DNA of 64,000 nt from an uncultured Rivularia sp. (GTDB lineage: Bacteria > Cyanobacteriota > Cyanobacteriia > Cyanobacteriales > Nostocaceae), in NCBI GenBank assembly GCA_963665115.1, contig OY762007.1, positions 8,629,926-8,693,925 on the forward strand. Reading direction: 5' to 3'. Below the pieces are notes generated by a model. It saw only the letters and a list, made by a program, of their open reading frames with translations, was not told where the DNA came from and did no database searches. Position 1 is the first letter of the stretch, and each line of letters starts with the position of its first letter. This document shows, in pieces, positions 1 through 9,197 of the stretch. A program made the position numbers and the translations under genes.

Positions 1-349
1 ACTCTTCAAGCTTATTCAAAACTTTCATCACGCTTTCTTCCACCGTTTCCAAATCAGTCCGACATTCAACAGTAGGATTAACAGGAGCTTCATAAGGGTC
101 ATCAATTCCAGTAAAATTTGTAATTTCTCCCCTACGCGCTCGCTTATATAAACCTTTAACATCTCGCTCCTCACACACTTTTAAAGGAGCATTAACATAA
201 ACCTCTACAAAATCGCCAATTTTCTGCTTCACCTCCAATCTGGTTTCACTATATGGAGATATTGCGGATACCAAAACAATTACACCGTTACGAGTTAAAA
301 GATGGGAAACAAAGCCAATTCGACGTATATTCTCATCTATAAAAGACAT
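1..349 (-). pseudogene. cysC: Adenylyl-sulfate kinase, 5'-truncated (P-loop half missing); runs off the window edge
   Basis: Minus-strand translation [29 protein letters not shown]...[41 protein letters not shown] is typical of APS kinase. Homology stops just upstream of DENIRR and no GxSGxGKST motif is present. Confidence 0.85.
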
Positions 350-389
350 CGTTGAACTTAACAACTGTTCGAGTTTGGGTAGAAGTCAT
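338..389 (-). pseudogene. First ~17 codons of a phoD-like paralog, joined out of frame to the cysC fragment
   Basis: ATG at 389 reads [17 protein letters not shown], similar to MASQTDTVIKFDETFY at the start of ORF 38335. Confidence 0.6.
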
Positions 390-669
390 CTCATGAATCC
401 CAATCTTATTAGTGATACTTTCCTCAAGTCATATATTTTTTATCAATTGACTACAGAAGTATTTAGGTATTCATAACTCGTTCGTTTAATAATACTTTTG
501 ATTTACCCCCTCAATTCATTATTAAATATATATTCTAAAATAAGACAATTTGTCAATTCATTGTTCTTAATATTTTGGCACATAAATCTAAATTAAAAAT
601 ACAAATATTTTTCCAGTGTTTTGATTGAATAAAATTACAAGAATAAACTTACTTTTCTTACTTTTCTTA
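366..669 (-). repeat. Left arm of a ~300-bp imperfect inverted duplication (promoter/leader of a phoD-like gene)
   Basis: The reverse complement aligns over its whole length with 1778-2078 (for example atttatgtgccaaaatattaagaacaatgaattgacaaat and ttgggattcat..gatgacttctacccaaact). Confidence 0.9.
648..669 (-). promoter_or_regulatory. Phased 9-bp direct-repeat site (AAAAGTAAG type)
   Basis: cttacttttcttacttttctta; the same unit recurs at 1778, 16336, 31352 and 36115. Confidence 0.6.
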
Positions 670-1154
670 TTTAGTTAATAACTATCTCAAAATACGTTTC
701 TGACTTGAGGGCTATTGATGAATATGATATTTATGTAGCTTTAATATTGCTAAAGTTTAGTTCTTAGTAAGGTCGATTTAAATTTTATATTGTTTATTTA
801 CAAGACTTTGTGCTATTGCATTTCGTGCTGATATTGCTTAAATGTAAAAATACTCACTTATAATATTTTGCATTATAAAATCATTATTATTTAGAGAAAA
901 TAAAGGTTCTTCAGCACTTGGTATGCTAATTAAATAGTCGTAAAAAGGCAGAGGGCAGAAGGGAAAAAATAACTGTATAACGTTAATAATGCGAATAAAT
1001 ACTTTAAAGTCCTTGCATAACAAGTATTTCAGGATTACTAACTAAATATTTAGCATACTATGTAATGAAGAGCCAAAATAAATTATAAATAGACTTTAAC
1101 CCAGGGGAGAGAAATATATTTTTAAGTTCCCCAAAATAAGGGGGATTTAAGGGA

Positions 1155-1249
1155 TTACCGCCATTTGTATATTAATCCAGTACCTAATAAACCTAAAAAT
1201 ATTAATAAACCAAAACTATTGGATGACTCCGGTACTGATTTCAGCTGAT
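1155..1249 (-). pseudogene. C-terminal PEP-CTERM-like tail fragment of a GDSL lipase paralog
   Basis: The reverse complement (catcagctgaaatcagtaccggagtcatccaatagttttggtttatta...) closely matches 26337-26420. Confidence 0.85.
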
Positions 1250-1272
1250 GAGAAGCAGAGTCTAACCAACTG

Positions 1273-1418
1273 TATCTGACAACGGTGCGTATGAATGAAA
1301 TCTCAACTCGCGCTGTAAATGCTGGCGTACCAGATTCATTTATTTTACCAGCAGACCCTGCTTTAGGACTGTATGATTCTCAAGGACGCTGGACAAATGG
1401 TCCGACAGCTGTTCAAGC
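1273..1418 (+). pseudogene. N-terminal fragment of the same GDSL lipase paralog
   Basis: Matches ~25518-25662 (SDNGA..EISTRAVNAGVPDSFILPADP..LYDSQGRWTNGPTAV). Confidence 0.85.
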
Positions 1419-1513
1419 CTATCACTTGCTTGAGAAGATGGAATATAGAAAGTAAGAAAAATATGAAAAATATGAAAAATATGAAAAGTGAAAAGGTAAT
1501 TACTCTAAATTTA

Positions 1514-1630
1514 AATTAATTGGCGTTGCTGATTATAAGTATGAATAGTCCCCCAAAATTGGGGGATTTAGGGGGCTAATAAATACAAGAAAAACGAATT
1601 CATATTTCAATTCAGCAACGCCAATTAATT
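1514..1630. mobile_element. MITE-like element with 19-bp terminal inverted repeats
   Basis: aattaattggcgttgctga ... tcagcaacgccaattaatt, with an internal cccccaaaattggggg hairpin. Confidence 0.7.
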
Positions 1631-1777
1631 CGTTGATTCGGCAATATCGAAATATATATCATTGATATTATCAAATCCTTATCATTCAGGAAAAATCTTC
1701 TTCCAATCCTTTTGGTTGGTCATGGATAACTCAATGACTCCCTACCCCGAAATTTTGAGGGGATACAGTTTTTATCT

Positions 1778-2078
1778 AAGTAAGAAAAGTAAGTTTATTT
1801 TTGTAATTTTATTCAATCAAAACACCTGAAAATATTTGTATTTTTAATTTCGATTTATGTGCCAAAATATTAAGAACAATGAATTGACAAATAGTATTAT
1901 TTTAGGTTAGATATATAATAATGAATCGAGGGGTAAATCAAAAAGTATTACTATTAAACCTTCGGAAGTTATGAATGTCTAAATAATTCTGTAGTAATTT
2001 GAGAAAAATATATGACTTGGAGAAGGTAATACTAATAAGGTTGGGATTCATCAGATGACTTCTACCCAAACTTGAACA
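1778..2078 (+). repeat. Right arm of the inverted duplication; begins with a 9-bp repeat site (aagtaagaaaagtaag)
   Basis: Counterpart of 366-669. Confidence 0.9.
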
Positions 2079-2775
2079 AGATATAGAGGAAGATGCAATT
2101 GTCCCCAATTAGATAATACGGGTAAAGTCAAACTGCAACTTAAGGGTAGAAAAGAGGCTGAGTGTCTCAAAGATGGCGATAGCGTAAAAATCCGTTCTCT
2201 GGAAACGCTTTTGGGAGACTATAATATTTTAGCTGCTTTTTCCGATAGCTATGATTGCTATTACTGGCAGGATGGTTATAACCCTTTGACGCAAAGCTGG
2301 ATTATTTTAATGGTTTTTAGTGATGGGGATGAATTTTACATTACTAACTTTTCTTACCTAAATCAGAGACTGGCAATCGACAGGATAAATTATGGCTATA
2401 TAACTACTAAAGAAAATTCTTTAGATAGGTGCATTATTGAAAGCGCTGATAATAAGTAACCTGTAATCGAATCTAATATCAGCAATCCTGCTTCTGTCTT
2501 TGGTTTATCTTTTGCATCGGAAAATGCATCGGATAAAGGTGTAATTCTTTGGACTAGGGTTCATCCAAAAGTTTACGCAAACCAAGAGTCTTTTGAGTAT
2601 CAGGTTTGTGATAATCAGAAGGTTTATGTCGATTTCGATAATTGTTTGGAAATGGGTAATACTTATTATTGGTTAGTTTATAAGGGAATATTTAGTAAGG
2701 TTGGTTGCTGTCAAATTTTGAGGAAACATGATGTAGATATGAACAAGTTTCGTTTAGCAATTTTGACTTTTAGAA
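2055..2775 (+). pseudogene. Degenerate 5' part of a phoD-like paralog of ORF 38335
   Basis: MTSTQT* followed by VKLQLKG..LKDGDSVKIRSLE..LGDYNIL..CYYWQDGY..NQRLA..GYITTK..NPASVFGLS..GVILWTR, collinear with 38335-39220 but with stops and deletions. Includes ORF 2211-2459. Confidence 0.85.
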
Positions 2776-2928
2776 TGTGATGAAATTGTATTTATAATTG
2801 GTTATTTTGAGAAAAAAGACTGGATTCAAAATAATTTTTTTTAAAAGTAAAAGGTCTTACTGATAGACCTATACATAGGCAAGTAAATAAATATTAAGAT
2901 TATCTAGAAGTTTAAAATTAAAATAAAA

Positions 2929-3210
2929 ATGAATGAAGCATTAAAAGAATTAGAAAAATCTATGCGTCGTGTGGAAATAAAGAAACTATGGCAACTAAAA
3001 AACTCAGGAATTTGTCTTTCTGAAATGCTCAAACTAAGTTTTAGTTTTATGGCTCATGCTATGGAAAGTTGTGATTATCGCTTTTTAAATACAGCACTGA
3101 AGTTAAACGATAGGTTGCGCTCGGAATACCCGAGTATAAAAGAACTTCCCAAAATTGAAGAGTATGAATGTTATTGCTTAGAAACCGTAAAAAATAGATT
3201 AGGAATTTGA
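2929..3210 (+). CDS. Small helical hypothetical protein (DYRFLNTALKLND motif), first gene of the biosynthetic operon
   Basis: 93-aa ORF whose stop overlaps the start of the next gene. Confidence 0.65.
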   Translation: MNEALKELEKSMRRVEIKKLWQLKNSGICLSEMLKLSFSFMAHAMESCDYRFLNTALKLNDRLRSEYPSIKELPKIEEYECYCLETVKNRLGI

Positions 3211-5480
3211 TAATGAAATTTTGTTTATTATCATCTCCACCTTTGGTAACTATCCATATTATTTATCAAGCGCAAGTTCAAGGTCTTAAATTTGCTGATG
3301 TTGTAATTGTAGGTGATGGAGGTCAACAATATAACCTTTTGCGCGAGTATGCCCGTAGCGATCGCTTTAACTTGCACTTTATCGAAGATCCTAACAGTAA
3401 TGAAGGTTTGGCTTTAATGAAAGCAATTGCGCCAGATGTTTTAGCTGTAAATGTTTTAAACATTTTACGTAAACCAATACTAGAAATTCCCAAAGTTGCT
3501 ACAGTAAATATTCATACAGGTATATTGCCCCAGTATCGTGGTTTAGAAAGTAGACGTTGGGCAATTCTTGAAGGAGGACAAGTAGGTGTCAGTGCCCACC
3601 TAGTTGATGAGGGTTTAGATACGGGTGAAATTCTGATCAAAAGGGAACTGGAGTTACAGCCAGGAGACACTATAGAAACAGTTACATCTCGCAATTACTA
3701 CACTAATAAATGGCAAGTATTTATTGAAGCTTTGCTTAAGGTAAAACGTGGCGAGGTAAAAGGTATTAAACAGCAACTAAATGAAGGTAAGCAATACTTC
3801 ATTATGCATCCTAAATTAGCCAAAGTTGTTGATTTAATTTTGGAGTCGAGAGAGAATCCGTCAGTGTCCTCAAAATCAACTAATAAAAGAAAACACATGA
3901 AAAAAAACTGTGAGTTGGTTCAAGGAAAAGCTAATCGTTGGCTTCCAGCTAGTGCTTTAACTTGGTGCGATGGTAGGCAAGGATTTGAAACTTATTTTGA
4001 ACACGTAACTAAATTTCGACGGGCTGTTAGCAAATTAGTAGATAGGGCTGGTGGCAAAGCAATACTAAAAATGTGCGATGTTTCTCATCCAGCAACACCG
4101 GAGAATATAACAAATGTAGTTGAATCTGCTTTAAGTAAACATATCAACAGTGATATACAAACTAGTTTGATAAAAAGCTTAAAAATCAAAGAACATCAGC
4201 CACAACAGGCAAGAGAGGCAATCGCAGCTATTCTTAACCAGCGTATCGAGAGTGCTGTATCTGAGTCGGAAGTACTCATTCTCTATGGTAGTTCAATGCA
4301 GTGGCTAGATATCGTTTTTAGACAAGCGATTGTTAAATCCCTCCATGATGACTTTCAAAATTATGGTTACGCCAAACAGCCAATCGTGCTTGCACCTGCT
4401 GGTTCTTTTAAATGTGGGGGATATTTCCCTCACGCCAATGGCAGCAAAATTCATTACATAAATACACAACTATCGAACAACTATAAACTGACAGCAGATT
4501 TACTAGACCAAACAATTCAAGAGGTAGAAGCTGACGGAAGTAAGAAAGTAGTTTGTTTTGTATTGGAAACACCAACAGCCCTTGGGCAGAATTTTACTAA
4601 GCCAGAATTATTCCAAATTGCCCAAGTTCTTGCTCAATATCCACATATTCTTTGGTTGCAAGATGGTTATAATCTTGGCACTGAACATGATGGCATTTTA
4701 AATCCTTCCCTCGCAGATTGTTCGGAAATCGCCATGCAAGGCTGTACTATATCTTCCTTCCGAAGGGACTGGGGTGGTGCTGCAACAATTGCTAATGTTA
4801 GTGCTTTTCATACTTTTAACCAGTTGCTACTAAATGAAATTAGCAAGCAATGTTCTGAAACTTATTTCTATACACATCTGCCGTTTTCGGAAGCACAGCT
4901 AATTGTGACTAATGCCATTGCCGAAGCAATGAAAAATTCTAGCTTTCCTCAAGAAAGCCAAATATATTTTAAACAGCAGTTAGCAGAATATGCAGGTTGT
5001 GTTGAAAAAACCAATGACCATATTAATAAAATATTAGGAACGCAAAATGTAAAATATATCTATACAATAAAACCTCAAGCAGGGCAATTTGGCTTCTTAT
5101 TTTTTAATAAAGGTACTACCGATAAATCAGGTGCAACCAGCAGTACCAAAATAGCCGAACTGATGTGTCTGTACGAAGGTTGTCGCGTTATGCCTACTTT
5201 ACTTGACCCAATGGGAATCGGTAAAGACCCAGTTGGTATTCGCATTAATGTAGCGATGTCGAAAAATCCTGAAAAAAATCTTCAAATTATACATGAAGCT
5301 TTAGATAGGATTGGTAACACGGTTATCCAGATGGAAAAAGGACTAATTTCCTACAACCAATTTGCTCCATTAGCAGAAAAATTACGGAAATACGATCGTT
5401 TAGACTACTCAGATGAACTTATATCTAAAATGGGTTTACAGCCATCCGAACACCAAGATTTAGTGTCACAAATTAACTGA
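3207..5480 (+). CDS. Formyltransferase domain fused to a divergent PLP-dependent aminotransferase class I/II-like domain
   Basis: N-terminal NIHTGILPQYRG and HLVDEGLDTGEI formyltransferase motifs. C-terminal ETPTALGQNF..ELFQIAQVLAQYPHILWLQDGY..ISSFRR resembles the fold-type I pattern PnNPTG..D-E-x-Y..SFSK. Confidence 0.7.
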   Translation: MIMKFCLLSSPPLVTIHIIYQAQVQGLKFADVVIVGDGGQQYNLLREYARSDRFNLHFIEDPNSNEGLALMKAIAPDVLAVNVLNILRKPILEIPKVATVNIHTGILPQYRGLESRRWAILEGGQVGVSAHLVDEGLDTGEILIKRELELQPGDTIETVTSRNYYTNKWQVFIEALLKVKRGEVKGIKQQLNEGKQYFIMHPKLAKVVDLILESRENPSVSSKSTNKRKHMKKNCELVQGKANRWLPASALTWCDGRQGFETYFEHVTKFRRAVSKLVDRAGGKAILKMCDVSHPATPENITNVVESALSKHINSDIQTSLIKSLKIKEHQPQQAREAIAAILNQRIESAVSESEVLILYGSSMQWLDIVFRQAIVKSLHDDFQNYGYAKQPIVLAPAGSFKCGGYFPHANGSKIHYINTQLSNNYKLTADLLDQTIQEVEADGSKKVVCFVLETPTALGQNFTKPELFQIAQVLAQYPHILWLQDGYNLGTEHDGILNPSLADCSEIAMQGCTISSFRRDWGGAATIANVSAFHTFNQLLLNEISKQCSETYFYTHLPFSEAQLIVTNAIAEAMKNSSFPQESQIYFKQQLAEYAGCVEKTNDHINKILGTQNVKYIYTIKPQAGQFGFLFFNKGTTDKSGATSSTKIAELMCLYEGCRVMPTLLDPMGIGKDPVGIRINVAMSKNPEKNLQIIHEALDRIGNTVIQMEKGLISYNQFAPLAEKLRKYDRLDYSDELISKMGLQPSEHQDLVSQIN

Positions 5481-5504
5481 CGATTTACCCGGATTTATTA
5501 CTAA

Positions 5505-6458
5505 ATGAAAACTCCAAAACTTGATTTAGAAATAGGTAAAGGTGTCTGCGAACAGAAGCAAATAATTACTTACGACCCGAAAAGTAACGTTGATTATCAG
5601 TCCTTAAAAGCTGGCACAATAGTAAAATATCGTCTAAGTAATGACTTAGATATACTATTAGAAACCCATCCCAATGCTTGGACACCTTCTTCGCTTTTCT
5701 CTCTCACTATGTGCGAGCTGATAGCCAGTGATAATTGCACCGAGAAGGTAGTAATGGATTTTGCTGGTGGCTCGGGTATGTTTGGTATAGTTGCTGGTAA
5801 ATGCGGTGCAGCTAAAGTAATTTGTACTGAGTTGAACCCTTATAGCGTTTCTTTACAAATGCGTAATTGGGAATTAAATGGTCTTAACCCAAAGGATTTC
5901 CAAAGCTTTGAGTCTAACTGCTTTGCTGCTATTAAGGGAAATCAGGAAATCGAAGGTAAAGTTGACCGTATTTACCTAAATCCTCCTGCACTTCCTGACA
6001 CCGAAGAAAATTTGCAAGCAAGACTTAAGTTTGCTCATCAGTTTCGGGGTGGAGAGTGGAATCGTAATGGTGAACGCGGCAGGTTGGTGATGGATACGTT
6101 AATTACGCAGGGAAGTTCCTATCTTGCGCCCGGAGGAGAAATTCTTTTTATCGCTACTAGTAAAAACGGTCCCCGACTAACCTGTAAGTTAATGGAGCAA
6201 CACTGGGGTAAAGGAATTCAAAATGATGGTGACAATCCTTTAAACTATTTTATTGATTGGAAAGAACGAGGTGATGCAAGTTGGGCAGTTATCCGTAAGA
6301 TTAATGTTCCCTTAGCTAACTATCACAACGATTTTATCCAAAACTATCAAAAACTAGCAGATAAGCAAGGAGAACCATCACCCTTCTTGGAAGAAGATGG
6401 AAAGCTCTATCAGCAGTTGTATTTTATCCGTGCCAAGAAACCGTTGACGCACTCCTAA
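5505..6458 (+). CDS. Class I SAM-dependent methyltransferase, HemK/MTS-like
   Basis: Motif I MDFAGGSGMFGI, TELNP, and an NPP motif (YLNPPALP). Confidence 0.8.
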   Translation: MKTPKLDLEIGKGVCEQKQIITYDPKSNVDYQSLKAGTIVKYRLSNDLDILLETHPNAWTPSSLFSLTMCELIASDNCTEKVVMDFAGGSGMFGIVAGKCGAAKVICTELNPYSVSLQMRNWELNGLNPKDFQSFESNCFAAIKGNQEIEGKVDRIYLNPPALPDTEENLQARLKFAHQFRGGEWNRNGERGRLVMDTLITQGSSYLAPGGEILFIATSKNGPRLTCKLMEQHWGKGIQNDGDNPLNYFIDWKERGDASWAVIRKINVPLANYHNDFIQNYQKLADKQGEPSPFLEEDGKLYQQLYFIRAKKPLTHS

Positions 6459-6461
6459 ATT

Positions 6462-7181
6462 TTGCTAGAAACCTGGTTTTTTCAATTAAAAAACATGAAT
6501 TCTTCAATACAAACAATATCTATTGCTGAAAAAATCGCACAAATTCGCCAAGAATTAACAACTGATGTGCGTTTGATTGCAATTTCCAAACAAGTATCAG
6601 TTGAAAAAATGCGGGAAGCTTATGCTGCGGGGATTAGAGATTTTGGAGAGAATCGTATACAGGAGGCTGTGACTAAACAGGAAAATCTGCAAGATTTAAA
6701 GGACATCTGTTGGCATTTTGTTGGTCACTTACAAAAAAATAAAGCCAAGCAAGTTTTAGAATCTATGAATTGGATTCATTCCGTTGACGATTTAAAATTG
6801 CTACAGCGTCTAAATAGATTATCAGGTGAAGAAAAAACTGGGCGACCTAAAGTTTGTCTGCAAGTTAAAATTTTACCCGACCCGAATAAATATGGCTGGT
6901 CAGTTGATGAAATATTAACAGCTTTGCCAGATTTAGAAGCGTGCGAATATTTGGATATTCAAGGATTAATGACGATTCTTCCGTTGGGATTATCAAATGC
7001 AGAAATTTTTGATGCTTTTGTCGAAACGGGAAAATTGAAGGACAAAATTAATCAAAATAGCAAGTTGCAATTAAAAGAATTATCTATGGGTATGTCTGGC
7101 GATTATTTATTAGCAGTTAAAGCCGGAGCTACAATGGTTCGTTTGGGAAGAACCATTTTTGGTGAAAGGCAATATACCTAA
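6462..7181 (+). CDS. yggS: YggS/PipY PLP-homeostasis protein (ATG at 6495 is a likely alternative start)
   Basis: LIAISKQ, FGENRIQE, WHFVGHLQKNK, LSMGMSGDY, GATMVRLGRTIFG. Confidence 0.93.
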   Translation: MLETWFFQLKNMNSSIQTISIAEKIAQIRQELTTDVRLIAISKQVSVEKMREAYAAGIRDFGENRIQEAVTKQENLQDLKDICWHFVGHLQKNKAKQVLESMNWIHSVDDLKLLQRLNRLSGEEKTGRPKVCLQVKILPDPNKYGWSVDEILTALPDLEACEYLDIQGLMTILPLGLSNAEIFDAFVETGKLKDKINQNSKLQLKELSMGMSGDYLLAVKAGATMVRLGRTIFGERQYT

Positions 7182-7229
7182 ACAGATAATTTGTAAAAAT
7201 ACACTCACGACAAATAAAAACAAGCAGCA

Positions 7230-7595
7230 ATGTCAAATCAAACAACATCAAATCCAACAAAAATAAATACATCTATTGCTGAAAATTTCAAATGGGGAAC
7301 TGGTTGTAATGGATGGCATTTATTAAAGAGTGACGATTTGAGTATCGTAGAAGAAATTATGCCTCCTGGCAGCAAAGGAGTTGAGCATTACCACGAAATT
7401 GCCAAACAATTTTTCTATATAATTGAAGGAGAAGCATCTCTTGTAATTGATAAAAAAGAACACCTTTTGAAAAGTGGTGATGGGATGCTCGTATCTCCAG
7501 GATTGCTACATCAAATTAGAAATAAATCAAGCAATGACCTGCATTTTTTAGCCGTCTCTTCGCCGGAATGTTTTAAAGATAAAGTCTCTCAATAA
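7230..7595 (+). CDS. Cupin-domain protein
   Basis: HYH..QFFYIIEG and VSPGLLHQIRN cupin motifs. Confidence 0.85.
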   Translation: MSNQTTSNPTKINTSIAENFKWGTGCNGWHLLKSDDLSIVEEIMPPGSKGVEHYHEIAKQFFYIIEGEASLVIDKKEHLLKSGDGMLVSPGLLHQIRNKSSNDLHFLAVSSPECFKDKVSQ

Positions 7596-7638
7596 GTCAG
7601 ATAAATTTGGGTTAATTCTTCACGAATTAAAAATCACA

Positions 7639-9076
7639 ATGCACTCTTGGATTACCATTGTCACATTCGCATTTTTTCTAGTAGTTTTCTTATGGATTGG
7701 CGCTCTTGCAGCCAAATTCTCTAGTAAGACGGAAGGTGATTACTTATTAGGAAACCGTTCCTTTGGAAAGTTCTTTTTAGGACTAAGCACGGGTGCCACA
7801 GTTAATAGCGGATGGATTATGGTGGGGGCAGTAGGAACGGCTTATACAATGGGAATGTCAGCCCTATTGATGATTTTCCCCTTATTTTTGGGAGAGCTTA
7901 CTTTTTGGATTTTATTTCCGGATAAAGTTAACCAAATATCCGTCGAACAAGATGTGCAAACCGTTCCAGAATTCCTTGGAGCTACCGTCAAAGCTCCTAG
8001 CAAACAAAGGGCGATCGCACTGGTTGTGGCTTTAATTAGCGTCGTGTTTATCGGTGCTTTGACTGCTGCCCAGTTTTCTGCTGCTGCCAAAACATTGGAT
8101 ATCTTTTTTGGAGTTAACCGCAATATTGGCACAATTATCGCTGCAAGCTGCATTCTGCCTTACTGCGTTAGTGGAGGACTCCGAGCATCCATTTGGACGG
8201 ATGTTGTGCAGGCTTTTATCGTGATGATTATTTGCTTTGGAATACTACCCGTAGCATTAATCGCAGGGGGTGGGATTTCAGAAGTTTTTTCCCAACTCAA
8301 TACCATAAATCCGCAATTAACAAGTCTGACCACAGGATTTACCAACCTGACGTTACTTACTTATGGACTCGGATGGTTTGCTTTTGGTTTTGCTTCCAAT
8401 CTTAGTAAGCCTCAAGTGTTAGTAAGATTGTTAGCAGGGAGAAGTCCGCAAGAAGCGAAACAAGCTGGTTGGGTGTATCTGGCTTACGAGTATTCGACTT
8501 GGATTGCAATGGTCTTGTTTGGCATGGTTTGCCGAGTTTTAATCCCTAACCTTGACGACCCCCGAACAAGCTTTACCTACTTATGCGGCACAAAATTTCA
8601 ATCCGATGCTAATTGGCATTATTTTAGCTGGTATTTTCTCCGCGATTGCCTCAACTGCCGATTCTTTACTCTTGGTTTGTTCGAGTGCCTTAGCTAGAGA
8701 TATTTCTCCTAATTTGTATCGGAAAATGTCTCGAAGATATGGTGTTAAATACGAGCAAGCCATGACGCTTCTGTTTGGAATTTTAGCCGTACCTGTGGCG
8801 ATATTTATCTCCAGCACTGTGTTCTCCTTGGTTCTTTTTTCTGGAGGTGCTTTAGGAGGTTCTCTTGGTCCGGCAATGCTGATTGCTTTACTTAAAAGAC
8901 CTACTCATTATATTGCTTTGAATAGCATGATGTTAGGAGGATTGGCGACAACTATTATCTGGAGAATTTTAGGATACAATCAAATTCTCAACGAGGTTTT
9001 CCCAGGATTTATTATGGCTTTATTAATACACGAGATATTGATACGCACGGTTTGTAAAAGGATGGCATCTTATTGA
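7639..9076 (+). CDS. Sodium:solute (proline-type, SSS family) symporter, split by a +1 frameshift at ~8560
   Basis: DYLLGNRS, GGLRASIWTDVVQ, then PEQALP and AIASTADSLLL in the second frame. The break lies in gacccccgaa. Confidence 0.85.
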
Positions 9077-9197
9077 AAATTAGCCATAAAAAGTAGTTTT
9101 TCAACACTTTATTAATCGAAATAATCAATCTTATTAGCTTGATTATTCTTATCCCTTAGAAGTCAGATTTTTAGTTAAAGAGGAGCAGCCAAATCAA

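Noticed and set aside
1..349. cysC as a PAPS supplier for the biosynthetic operon
   Set aside because: It lacks the P-loop half, points away from the operon, and no sulfotransferase is present.
838..1023. Short AT-rich ORFs such as 838-1023, 16618-16815, 26681-26863, 38032-38238 and 40702-40890
   Set aside because: No motifs or clear RBS, and several overlap dispersed repeats; probably spurious.
366..2078. Inverted arms as the ends of a transposon or a recombinase switch
   Set aside because: The arms are long, diverged and end in a phoD-like start codon; no transposase, recombinase or target duplication is present.
2211..2459. 82-aa ORF as a real gene
   Set aside because: It is an internal stretch of the phoD-like pseudogene between two stops.
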